Shown piece by piece: positions 1 to 14,010 of a stretch of 64,000 bases of DNA. The notes beneath the pieces were generated by a model that saw only the letters and a program-made list of their open reading frames with translations, did no database searches and was not told where the DNA came from. Position 1 is the first letter of the stretch, and every line of letters begins with the position of its first letter. A program made the position numbers and the translations under genes. The DNA comes from the human T2T-CHM13v2.0 reference genome, Homo sapiens, in NCBI GenBank assembly GCA_009914755.4, contig CP068257.2, positions 28,576,001-28,640,000 on the forward strand. Direction: 5' to 3'.

Positions 1-134
1 GAATGAGAAGGGAGTCAAAATGTAGCAAAGATGGATGAGGAGGTCACTTTAGTGTTCAGGGAGAAAAAATGCTGTGACCAGTGAATCACAGGGAAGACTT
101 GAGACATATATTATACACATATTAATCACAGAGA

Positions 135-171
135 ATATATATATATATAGTCTCCCTAATTCTAATTCAAG

Positions 172-207
<36 letters not shown>

Positions 208-326
208 CCTAATTCTAATTCAAGGTACATATATATATATATATATATATATAGTCTCCCTAATTCTAATTCAAGGTACATATATATATATATATATATA
301 TATAGTCTCCCTAATTCTAATTCAAG

Positions 327-362
<36 letters not shown>

Positions 363-421
363 CCTAATTCTAATTCAAGGTACATATATATATATATATA
401 TAGTCTCCCTAATTCTAATTC

Positions 422-466
<45 letters not shown>

Positions 467-487
467 CCTAATTCTAATTCAAGGTAC
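135..487. repeat. Minisatellite/VNTR: 7 tandem copies of a 26-bp core AGTCTCCCTAATTCTAATTCAAGGTA separated by (TA)n runs of variable length (period 45-59 bp)
   Basis: Core starts read directly at 149, 202, 253, 304, 357, 402 and 461. Each is followed by a (TA)8-16 run. The ORF 74-358 is just a translation of this repeat. Confidence 0.9.
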
Positions 488-959
488 TTAATGTCAATGA
501 GATAATATAAGATATGTGTGTGTATTTATATATGCATGTTACTTCATTGAGACTCTGTGTTCTTATAATTTAATATCTAATTCACAGAATTTTTAAAGGA
601 TCAATGAGGTAAAGAAAGAAAAACACCAAAAACATGGGTGGGCATGCAGTTCAGCTACATTCCTCGCTCTTGTCTCTTCTTGTTAGTTGTAAATGCCTTG
701 AAAGCAAAAACTGTCTTGTCCATCCTGGATTCTCTAGCACTTACAGTACTGTAGCTTAATAACTGTTTCACGATGCATGAGACTGCCATTTTGGATACAG
801 AATTAGCAGAAGGGGGGTCATGGTGAGAGCAACAAGTGGTACAGTATGAAAAAGAAGAAAATATTATTATTCTATTTGGTTTGAAAAGTAGCTAGAATAG
901 GCAAGATTGATATCTAATTCATTATTTGCCCAGTATTGTGCTAAGGACTTGATGTATAT

Positions 960-1140
960 CAACTCAGTGAATCTTGACAGCAACCCTAGAACTCAGGCAC
1001 AATTTTGACTCCCATTTTACAGATGAGGACCACGAGACATTAGGAGGTTAAGTAATTTGCCTAAGACCACACAGGAATAAGTGACACAGCTGGGATTTGA
1101 ACACAGCTGCCTTCCTTCATTCCTGGGCTCCAAATCTCTA
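960..1140 (-). mobile_element. MIR SINE fragment
   Basis: Contains cccattttacagatgagga...ggttaagtaatttgcc...cacacag, the reverse complement of the MIR core (CCTCATCTGTAAAATGGG / GGCAAGTTACTTAACC). Confidence 0.6.
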
Positions 1141-2972
1141 CAACATACTATTTCTGGATGAAATGGTATTATGCTTATCCAAGACATAAATGTTTTGGCA
1201 AGGTTAAAACATTTTGGAAAATGTAATGGGTACTTAACTAATGTTCCTATATGAGAGGAAACAATTATCAAAAGCTAATAGCTTAAGGAATCATCACATT
1301 TTTTATTTTTTATTTTTTAAATGGAATCTTCTACACACTAAGGCATACTGTTATTTTTGAGCAGTCAACGAGATAAGTATTTAGAAGCCCTCTAGAACAC
1401 AACATTTTCAAAACATCTGGAAATTTTGTGTGCTGTAAATAACATTAGTGATTAAAGTTTGGACCAATGGATTAGAAAAATAAATGGAAAATATTTTAAA
1501 TGCATATCCTAAAACAGTTATCTAAATCTTACTACGAAAAAAAGATATAAGCATACTAATGTTTTTGCTTTCTGTATTAATGGTAAAATTATGAAATTAC
1601 CTCTTTTCCTTAATTCAGTTGAAGATCCATTTCCCAGGGCTATATAATTAATCATAAAATAACCTGTTGGTAAGATTCACAATGAATACCTGATGTGGAA
1701 AAATTATTATTTTAATATTTTATTCTCTATTTTTGCTTATTTTATTGATGTGCATATTTTACACACAACTCCAAGGAATTTTAAGGAGGAATATTATACA
1801 AAGAGAAGTGATCCACTATTTCTTCACTCTAGCATTGGGCTAGTTACTTTATATACTTCTTTCCTGCAGTAATCCTACCTTCATTATATGAATGAGAAGA
1901 GATTGAGTCTGAGGGGCTAATGAACTTTTCTAAATTCGCTGCTTGGGGGTGTGTATGGAATGATTCTCTCATTTGACTCTTTCAAAAGTTGGTCCTCTTT
2001 TTACTATATATATTGCCTTTCATTGTTGCAACACATTTAATGTTCCAAATTCACTAACACAATGAATATTATACCCTATTATAATCCCATCGGACCTTAT
2101 GGCCTATTATTCTATCTGACAATTGGAAAATAATAGATAATTACAGTGAGATACATTGGATTCTAAAATTTGCTTCAAGTCATAAAACCAACTAGCTACA
2201 ATGTGAATACTTAACATCACTTCCTGTGCCTCCCCTGTCCTTTCCATCACATGATTTTTTTCCATGCAAATACATTATAAAACTTTCTATTGCATGCAAT
2301 TTGCCACCAATTGAATCATTTTGTAGTTGTCAATGTATCTCTTTCAGAATATTAAAGAGGCCTGTGCCATGTTAATTACGCTAATTTGGGGACATTAACT
2401 TTATAATTGTTATTATACTGGTTATACACTGATGTTAAACTGTCTGATAAAATTTACCTTGAAAATTGTAAGATAATTTTTCCTTCCCGTCAGTTAGCGT
2501 ATGCGAAGGCATTTGGACTTTCCTTATAGGCAATGGGATGTCCTTACCGAGCTTATGGGCAGGCCGTGATGGGACTTGACTTGCGTTTTAGAAACAACTA
2601 AGATAAAAGTATAGATGACAGCTGTTGGGAAAAGACTCTGCAGACAATGACACAAGTCTAGAAGTCTTTTCCAATTATGTAGATAAGAGATGAGCAGATA
2701 GTAAAGGTGGAAAGTTGTAGAAAGATTTCAGATACTCGAAGTGATGCCATAATAAAAACTAGATGTGTTATTCTGTTTTAGAGAAAAGAGGAGAGAAATA
2801 ATAAATTGAGTTTGGGACATTTAAAGGGCTTTCTAGGTAAAAGAAAAAATAGTTGATTAGAGACTGGTATTTAGAAGATGGGGCCTATGGATTTCTTCTC
2901 CAAGGTGCTCAGTTATTTTTGCTGTATTTTTCCTTTTACGAATGTTTTGACCTGAAAAAGCAAAATTGCCTA

Positions 2973-3200
<228 letters not shown>

Positions 3201-5114
3201 AACTAAAAGTTTTCCCAACTCATGGTAGTTAAGTGTGTCATTTTAACATATAAAAATTCGTGTTTAAACTAGACATTGCTGAAAAAATAATTCACTTTCC
3301 TTGAGAGAAAGAGTGTTGAGCTATGAGTCCAGGCAGCCTTTTTATAAATCTCCTGATTCTATTGAGTAATCAATGAATTGTTCTGAGATAGCCTCATCTT
3401 TGAATTGAACTAATAACATTATCAGTCTCATAAAAGATTTAATAACAATTCATATAAGCAGTAGAGGTCCTAGCATGTAATACATGCCCCCAGAACATTA
3501 GACAATATTATTTATTATTTCTCAGAAGTAGAAATATATATTTAGCTACAGAAAATTTTTCAAACCTGGCTGTTATATACATAATATTTATAACATATAG
3601 ATTTGCTTGAATTTATAGTACTATCTTAAATTATAAATATATTATCTGCATTGAATATTGGTATAGGGATCCAATGATTATAAGGTATATTGTTGTTAAA
3701 TAACATAAATAACATAGAGTACTTTATATTTTCAAAAATTAATGCACTGTTTGTCTTTACAAGGCAAATCTTGACATTCTTTCTCAATTTGGAGAATAAA
3801 AAATTATCAGGCTTTTCAACATTCTTCTACAAGTTAATAAAACAGAAACAAAAGGAGACTTGTGAAAGAATGTCAAATAATTAGAAAAATGTACAATTTA
3901 TTAATATAAATGTATAAAGCAAATAGAACACATTCATTTAAGCTAGACAGACGTCGACACAAACTTTCAAATTGGATTGTCAGTTTCATCAAATTTGGAA
4001 TAAACAGAAAAATACAGTATTTACAGATTTTAGTAAAACTAAACAGAAATGGTACAAGAAGGAAATTTATTTTTCACAGAACAAAAATGACAATTTTGAC
4101 TCAGGTACCCACATAGGAGCAGGTGAAGTTCTCAAAGGACAACTTTTTTTGTTGTTGTTTTTTTGGTAAGCAAATGAAAACCAAGACATATTTTTCTGCT
4201 CTTTTATTTATATTGATGAAACCTCAAAGTCTGTACTCAAATACTTATTAAAATATATCCATACATATATGATTTCTTGTCAAAATGCATCATTCTTCTT
4301 CAAATACAAAAACAAAAATATTTTCACTTTCCTAAAACCATCACTTTTTCTTAGATCACACTTTTATCTTTCTTCTGAGTATAGCCCTGGAAAAGCAGTT
4401 TGAATGCAAAGCCCCTTGACAAAATATCTGCTTTTTAAAAATGTTAATTTAATACACAAGAAAAAAAAAGCCTCTGGGAGAAGAGGATAAAGAAGTTAGG
4501 ATTTCTAACTCCTAGGCTAAAAAACAGCATATCAGAAAGCCATTCAATTTCCTTTACAATGCTGATTAAAGCCTTCATTTTAATCTTCATTATAAATGGA
4601 GGACATTAATCCCTAAGCTGTTTTTAAACAATTAATAGTAACCTTCTTCAACCCTATCCATGATTTCCCTGAAAAGCAATAGTTGAGTTCTATTTATTCA
4701 GTGTAATGGACTGGCATTTCATTTTAAATAAAACCATATAAGCATGTCTCTATGTGAGATATAAATGTTACACTCATCTATGTACATAATGCTATGTCGT
4801 GGAGAAATTACAGTAGTAAAATAATGCAGTCTTTAGCAATGTCATTTTGAAGTAAATGATAAAAAGAGTAGATGCTTGAACCACCTTAGAAAACAAATTA
4901 CTATACTTTCTAGAACAATCAAAGCATTGGGTTTAATATCTCATTCTGCTGAAATAGCTTATAGAATCATAAATAGCTGATGCACAGTTCCTGTAATTAA
5001 GATTAGGCAGTTAAGAACAGTAAATCAAAGTTTCTTTGGGGTCCATTTTGAGAAAGTAATATAGATTTTTGTCATTTGCATGGCTTTATAGTAAAGTTAA
5101 AAAAACATACACAA

Positions 5115-5810
<696 letters not shown>

Positions 5811-6034
5811 TTAGCCAGCTGGACTCCGGAACTGCTACTTCTGCTTTGAAGCAGGGTTCTCTGTGCCACAGAAGAGAACAGTTTTTCCTGTAGTAATGAA
5901 CTCGGAACCCAGTGGTTTTTCAAATAAGAGCTGCTTTGCTACTTCTGGCCAGATAGTATCCAGTGCTGGCTGGCTGAGATGGCCCTGCTATTGGCTGCAA
6001 CAGGTAAACTTACAAATCAGGTGTGGCAACTTTC

Positions 6035-6135
6035 TCAGCCAATAAAAGGTGGATGGTAATCCAGGTGTGTCTAAACCAACACTTGGGTACTTGGAACAGC
6101 TAGACCTGCACATAAACATTCTTTATACTTCTCGG
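6035..6135 (-). promoter_or_regulatory. Candidate CLDN8 core promoter elements: TATAAAG on the minus strand (plus coords about 6122-6128) and CCAAT/ATTGG box (about 6041-6045)
   Basis: Plus strand ctttatacttctc reverse-complements to gagaagTATAAAGaatg. Plus strand cagCCAATaaaagg. They lie about 330 and 250 bp upstream of the CLDN8 ATG in the transcription direction. This is motif-only evidence. Confidence 0.3.
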
Positions 6136-7058
6136 TCTTCCAAGAAGACAGCAGTATGTTTACCTGTAGGCATAGTTATAAGTGGTTGCATAAGCATCAA
6201 GAAATGAGCCGATCCCTTGTAATGTGAAAGGTGCACCTTGTACAGGCAATTCTGAAACTCTTAATAAGAGCTGCTGGGACCAAGGGATAAAATAAATTAT
6301 CTGCCGAAGAATTCTGCAACGCTGTTGAAATGCCAAAGTGAAACGAGAGTAGGGGATTGAAAGATTGCTTTTACCTGGGAAGCCACATTCTTTGGGACAC
6401 ATGTGATCCAAGTGATTGATTTAATTTTTCTACAACTTCAAAGCAAGCTCTACTGTGGTGAAATCAGGGAACAGATCATGCCAGAGGACAAAATAAGCTA
6501 AAGTAATTAAATACACAAGGCTGTCCTTCTCCTTGGCACTGAAAACATATTGGAGTTCTTTAAGCCAGAAAAAATACTCATTGACACTTTTCTGATAATC
6601 TTCACTTATAAAAACATTTTTTGCCAAAATAAAAATCACCAGATGATTATCTTATGTATCCAGCACTATAGCATTAAAATAAGCTTATGAGCTTATTTTG
6701 TGGTGTTATTCTTGCTGCTTTGAATTCCTGGGCTGAAGGAACTAGAATTCTGAAGATGACACAAGACCCTTGGGCCTATACAAATGGCTGATATTTCAAA
6801 ATAAGATATTTACAAGACAAGGGAACTATATTTACCAAACTGTATTATATTAGGTATTAACCAAATATGTTTTCCTACCTTTTAATATTATGTCTGCAGT
6901 AGGACATAGAAACCCCTAAACGCAAGACAATTTGAACTTTCTTCTCAAAATAATGATGCTCTAACAGTAGTGCTATACTAAGCATAAATGTTTATCTGAG
7001 AAAATTCGACTAGCAATTTTCTTCTGGAGATCACCTTAAGCTCTCTGTCTGATCTTTC

Positions 7059-7208
7059 CAAAGTTTAAGCTGCCACTTCATTTTCTTTTCTTCTTAACAT
7101 CATAAAAAATGATTTTCTCTTTACAGTTTTACTTTCTCTCTGTTTCATTGGACTACCTTAAATCCAAATATGGGAGAAAATCGTTTCTGCTCACTGATTA
7201 AACTTTGA
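7059..7208 (+). repeat. Left arm of a roughly 150-bp inverted repeat (partner at 7905-8054)
   Basis: aagtttaagctgccacttcattttcttttcttcttaacatcataaaaaatga...ccttaaatccaaatatgggagaaaatcgtttctgctcactgattaaactttg. Its reverse complement is found at 7905-8054 at roughly 85-90 percent identity by eye. Confidence 0.8.
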
Positions 7209-7485
7209 GAGTTTCATGGTTCAAAAAATCTGAGTCATTTGTGGATATTATTAAAACAAAAACTATATGGTAGAAAGGGCAAAAGGAGGATCAAGTAGAC
7301 TGTCTTCTAAAAAAGAGGCAGGACAGACGCACAGTAGTATGAGTTGTTATAATTTTGTTAAACAGACGTTATAAACCTTATAAAAAGTTAAAACTTAATA
7401 TTTACAGAAATATTCTCATTTGTTGACCTGTGAGGTGCCAAACTTCAGGGTGTCCCTTAGGCTGATGCAGAAAATATGCAGCATT

Positions 7486-7853
<368 letters not shown>

Positions 7854-7904
7854 TTAGATTAATCTTGGGAAAATAAGATTTTAAAAGTTGAGATTTTAAA
7901 CTTT

Positions 7905-8054
7905 CAAAGTTTAAGAAGTGAGCAGAAAACATTTTCTCCCATATTTGGATTTAAGGTAGCCCGATGAAGCAGAGAGAAAGTAAAATTTCAAAGAAAGGAT
8001 CATTTTTATGATGTGAAGAAGAAAAGAAAATGAAGTAAAGCTTAAAGATTTTCC
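7905..8054 (-). repeat. Right arm of the inverted repeat (reverse complement of 7059-7208)
   Basis: caaagtttaagaagtgagcagaaaacattttctcccatatttggatttaaggtag...gtgaagaagaaaagaaaatgaagtaaagcttaaag reverse-complements to the left arm. Confidence 0.8.
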
Positions 8055-9525
8055 TTTTGTGCAATCCACAAAAGGAAAAATGACATATAAACAGAAGATA
8101 TTTTTCATCTTTAATTGTCAAACTGGGAAAAAGGAGTGATTGACAGAACTGAAAAATGAAAAAGAAATAATATAACTGGTTGAGATAATGACTACGTGAA
8201 GCTACATTTTAAGGGATGTCAAGGCATATATTGCTTCATTGAAATTTCTTTTCGAATTCCCGTGTGGCATGTTTCTTAGGAGCTCTGTTTAAATATTGCT
8301 GACTATCCACATCAACACAGGAACGCATGAGACAGAAGCAGAAAGCTCTGCCTCTGAGTGCCTCAGCCGTTGTGGGAGCTGCTTCCCAGGTACGCATTCA
8401 TATTTCTTGGCTTTGTGTATTACCAAACCTCTCTTCCCTTGAGGCTTGAATTTTACCAGGAACTTATTTTACATAAAAATATTTTCCTTATTTCAAAAAT
8501 ATTAGGTACTTTACTATTGAAATTGTTCTAGCCAAAAGATGAGGATCTGAGTGGGAAATTAACACTAGGTTCACATTAGAATTATTGTACAGTTAATTCC
8601 CTACTAGGAAGTGGCCCAGGGTTTCCAAATAGGTTCCTTATCAGACAATGATACAGTTAACTCCATAGTATTTATAAATAACCATGTCCTAAAAGACACT
8701 GGAATAAAAAGACAGAAAAAAATGGTAATATTGAGTTTGCTAAAGACAAAAGGGGCCTAAATTCAAAGATAAAAGGAAACTGTTATCTACTTTTCTGTCC
8801 TGCTGAATTGATTAACTTGGCTACAAAATTCAGATAGCAGTAATAGAGATATAACAGATTGATAACATTTTTACTCTAATTTAGAACTACAGAGCAAAAT
8901 ACATCGATTATTCAATAGTTTGTACTTCCATTTCCATGAAGAACCACAGTACTACCAAGAACCCAGGAGAGAAATGAGAGCTCATGTCAACCCCCTCTCC
9001 ACCCTCCCTCGGGCTTTTCTGTCTGTCAACATCATCATAAGGCATGATTTAAGTTTAGCAATTAAATTTGCTAAACTGCATTCAGCCCTGATAATAGCAT
9101 AACACAGGCAAATGCTTTTTCTTCCTAAATGATAACATACAAATCACTATCAGATTGTCTTATGCCCATTAATCCTTAACCTAATTCAACTCCACAGTCT
9201 TGGATTTCTATTAATTCTTATCACTGTTTGAAATAATTTTTGCTTCTGCCTATCAAGCAAAGGTCAATTTCTTTTGTTTTCTGGATTTGCTTTGTAGTTT
9301 TCTGTTGTGATGACAGTTTTTCAAGGGTGTTTATTTTTAACTATGTTCCACTGTTAATTAACCATACTTGGCCAACCATCTTGTCCTGAGAGAATAAGTG
9401 AACATATCAATAGGTCTCTGTGTTGTTCCGAAAATACTGTTGTGCATTGCTGTATGTTCTCTTGAACCATCATCTTGTTTGTTTTTCATGATGGCCAGCT
9501 ATGCTTCCAGTTCTCTATCCATTAG

Positions 9526-9862
<337 letters not shown>

Positions 9863-9939
9863 CCGCTCTTTTCACCACCTCTGTGTGATCTATTTTCAGT
9901 TGCTCTGCTTAAAAATGAACTCCTTACTGCATAGAAATT

Positions 9940-10330
9940 GCCTAGTATCTTAGCCAATTCAAGCTGCTTTAACAAAATACCACAGACCAAGTGGCTTGAA
10001 CAATGGAAATTTATTTCTCATTCTTCTGAAGTCCCAGATCAGGGTGCCAGTGTCACTGGGTTCCGGTGAGGACCCACTTCTCAGTTTATAGAAAGCTGTC
10101 TTTATGAGATGACTTCACATAGCAGGGAGAAAGTGTGAGCTCCAGTCTCATTCTCTTCTTATAAAGACACTAATACCGTCATGAAGATTTCACTTTCATG
10201 ACCTCCTCTACAACTCTCAAAGTTTCACTCTCAAAGACCTCACTTCCAAATCCCATCACATTGGGGGTTAACATTTCAACATATGAATTTAGTGGGTACA
10301 CAAATATCCGGTCTGTAACATCTAGCTACT
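9940..10330 (+). mobile_element. ERVL-MaLR solo LTR (MLT1-like; same family as the copy at 57200-57590)
   Basis: Contains ...gaaatttatttctcattcttctgaagtcccagatcagggtgccag... and ends ...cattgggggttaacatttcaacatatgaatttagtgggtacacaaatatccggtctgtaACA. The TGT...ACA termini are typical of MaLR LTRs. Family name is from memory and not certain. Confidence 0.6.
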
Positions 10331-12594
10331 AACAAATTCAAGCAATAAAATTTGCATAATTCTGAAGGGTCTACTGGTGCTTAAGAACTTCACCCATATT
10401 ATATCACCCATATCAATATTTCATTTTTCCAAGATGAAAAAAGAATGGTGAACATGAATTAAAAAATCAATAATAGAAATAGTGTCATGGACATGTTTTT
10501 ACCTTTCTTTCGCTTTTCATTGCATTAAAAAAATTAAAACCTAAGTATAGGATGAATTCTGATATATTTTGAAAGACAGGTCTGTGTATTTCATGTGATA
10601 TATTTGATGTCTCTACTAAAGTACTGGAAATCCAGGGAGATAACTGAAAAAAGCAAAACTGTATACTGTGGAAATTTTCCTATAAATTAATGAGTAATTT
10701 ATATATGGAGAATTGATGATGTGAAATACCCTAATTCTAATGATTTCAGGAAAAATTTTAAAAAAGAAAGAATTTGCTGGTAATAGCAGCTACTGAGTAT
10801 TAAATGTTCTCTATACAATACATTCTTTTTATCACTCTACTTTATACTTAAAACATTTTTAGAAAGCAGGGGTCATTACTCTCCTTTTATAATTGAATAA
10901 ATTAAAACTCAAGAGAGACTGCCTTTTTTAAGGCCACACAGACTTTGCTGGTTGAATCTACAGAAATGGAATTCAGAAGCAGACCTAAAGCCCACATTCT
11001 TTTCTGTATTGCCTACCATCTCCTTAAAGAGAACTAGGGAAACAGAATTTCTTACATTGGCATATATGGTCAGAGTTAATTAAGATATAAAATATGTTCA
11101 AAACATTTTTCGTCCTTGCTTAGCACATTGTTGTAAAAATTTTGCATGGCCAACCTTCGCAATTTTTAAAACATACCTGCTTCACTGAAATTTGAAATCT
11201 ACCTCTTTAGATACTCTATTCAAAGGAGTTTCTACTGGGGAAATATTGGCAATTTCAATAAAATTATTCCTTGTTTAGAATTTGAGAGAGTTCCCTGTGC
11301 TGAAGGTACCAGTGGCACCCCTTTTTCCTTCACTTCCCATGCTTGTCCCCATCTTCGTGATTCCTTAATTACAGACTAGGTCGTGATACTGAATGACCTA
11401 ACCACCACTGAACAAGTATTTGGCTAAAGTAAGCATTAAACTATTTCAATGCAATGAAAGTGAACAGTTACATGTGTCTGTGCCCTCAGCTAATTATAAT
11501 ACAGAGAAACTTTCCTTTGTATTTTATAGGGACTTCTTAGTGACCAACAGAGGAATGATTCTATGGTTACCTTCATTAGTCCATTAAAATTGCTTTTTCA
11601 GGTGACTCACTAACAACTTTTCTTTTTACCTTTTCCAAACGCTAAAATTAAAAAAAAAAAAACATTTTTAAGTTGTATAAAACTGTTTTCCACATGGTTA
11701 TTTTTGGAATTGCTTGAAAAACAAATTTTTTAAAAAAATCCCTTAATCTCCCATAATAATCCTTTCTACTGAAATGTAAAGCATATGAAGCATTGAATGA
11801 GGAGAACAAACGGTCCATGACAAAAGTTTCTGGCCAGGCAGAGACTGTAATTAGTACTAAAAATGATAACATCAGATAATGAACAGGACCAAAACAGAGC
11901 ACTTTTCATAATTTTATTTTGAATCCACAGCAATTCACAAGTTTAAGTCATGTTAATTATAAAAAGGAAGAGAAGAGAAAAGGCACATAGGATAATAGAT
12001 AATATATTTAATATGACTATGCTTAAAATAATATATTTTAATAAATATTACTTAATCCTAGTCATAAGAACTACTTAATAATTACTAAGTTATATGAACA
12101 ATTAAGATTAAGTGATATCATATTAGTTAACCATATGATTTCAGCCTCCCAACGCCCTTATTAGAAAAGCCCTTTATTATGTCAGTTTTACTAGGAAACT
12201 GGAATTTACAAAGTTTAAATAACTGACCCAAATCCTCACAACAAACTGGTAAAAAAAGCCAATATGGGAACTCTATTCTGTCAAACACCTGAGGCTACAC
12301 TCTTGACCCACTATGTGCTACAAGTCATTATAGACCTACCTGTAAACCTAATTGAAAGCTTGTGTCAATGTGTAGTTTTATCTCTTATAAAGCATATAAG
12401 TTTTGGTAGATCAGAAGGAGTTCTCTGAAACAATGTCCTTCACATTGTGAATTTTCAATAGGATTTTGAGCATTATAAGGAGAAATGAAGTGTTTCCATT
12501 TTCTGCAGCAACATGCATTGTTTAATATGAGAAATCATAAGATATGAGGGAAATCATAAGATATAAGGGAAAAGTCCACACAAATGGAAAACAC

Positions 12595-12640
12595 ATACAA
12601 GGGTGCACACACACACACATACACACACACACAAAATGTC
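12595..12640. repeat. (CA)n microsatellite
   Basis: cacacacacacatacacacacacacaaa. Confidence 0.9.
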
Positions 12641-13879
12641 CTTATAAGCAAACAATGAATATAGGAGCACAAGAAACAATTTCCCTTGTAAAGTTGAAGT
12701 TAACAGGACAGGGAACAGGACAGGGAAAAGTAATTAACTGGGCAAATAGAGCTAAGCCACATTACTGATTAATTTGCAAAACAATTAACTTTCCACTTAA
12801 AATTCAAATTAAGATTCTGTCTGCCTTAGGCAACCAGTGTTTGCAAATTTTAATAGGGCTAGACATTAAGTGCCTTACTTAAAACCAACTTTACATGGCA
12901 CTGGGTGAGAATATTATTGGAACAAGCAGCTCATGGCATTCTTGGGTTTCAGTTATTTTTTTAAGAGAAAATATTACAATCTATAATAATATGCTGGATG
13001 CACTAAAATTTTTTCAATGAGAATATGAGTAAAACTAAAAGTTATTCAACTCCTCATCTCAAATATTTATAGAGATTTTGTACTTTCTGTAAAATTTTCA
13101 AGACGATGTCTCATAAAACATCTTCTGAACACTTATTTTCCAACCGTTCAACAAGTATACTATGTACCAGGCCCTGTGATAGACTCTGGAAACCAAGAAA
13201 TATGAGGCATAGTTTCTTTTCTTTGTAATTTTACATCCACAAAACTGAGGGGCTAGTGGAAGAAAGAACTGCTGAGTCAATTAACTCTGTCATTGGTTAA
13301 ACTTGTTAACCAACTATTCTTTTCAACTTGAAAAAGCATACAAGTAGCCACACAGACAGGTGAGAACAGCCACCCTTCACTCCATTGAAAAAAAAGCAGC
13401 TTCCAGGGTTTTGATGTTTTCTAAACAAGATCAAACAATCAATGAAAAGCAATGCCAGGAGTCTATAAACATTCAGCAGAGGTAAGCTGGCTGTCTCACA
13501 TTTTCACACACCTTTCTGGTTCATGCAGCTCCTATTTCTTGTTCTTATCTTTCTTTTTCTCTGACCTACGTTCCAGATATCTTTAGAGTTGCTGCTATGG
13601 GGAGCTGTATGTGATTATCTGACTGGCTTCTGGGCATCTTTTTCATAGTTTTAACTGGACTTTTGATGTCTCACACTGGACAACAACATTCTATTTCATT
13701 CTTATGTCACCAAACTGGTTGGTCCCAGCCCACATGGCCTCCTTCCTGGTCACGAGCTTGGAACAGGGAAACACAAGTTACTTTTGTACATGGCAACAGG
13801 AGAGAATATTAGACTCAAAACAGATCTAAAAGAACATCTGATGTGCACTTCATTCTGTACATGAGGGGCTCAAAAGCTC

Positions 13880-14010
13880 CAGGAAGTCAGGAACCACCTC
13901 TGTTCTATTCATCTTCGTGTCAAAGTAAAGTACTTGTGTAGTGCCTGGCACATAGAGAGCACTCAGTATTTATCTAATACCACGCAAATCACGCTGAAAT
14001 CTCTGTGCCC
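13880..14010 (+). mobile_element. MIR 3-prime fragment
   Basis: gtagtgcctggcacatagagagcactcagtatttatctaatacc matches the MIR tail AGTGCCTGGCACATAGTAAGCGCTCAATAAATG. Confidence 0.5.

Noticed and set aside
135-487. Regularly spaced repeats with intervening variable segments, superficially CRISPR-like
   Set aside because: The variable segments are pure (TA)n, not unique spacers. The context is human DNA with Alu and L1. This is a minisatellite.
3690-4170. Three short ORFs in an extremely AT-rich stretch
   Set aside because: Low-complexity K/N/I/F-rich peptides typical of AT-rich non-coding DNA. The region is most likely CLDN8 3-prime UTR and downstream.
8270-8400. CpG-containing segment ending in a cccagGTACGC donor-like site, possibly an exon of a non-coding transcript
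   Set aside because: There is no acceptor, ORF or other support visible in the sequence. I cannot substantiate it without expression data.
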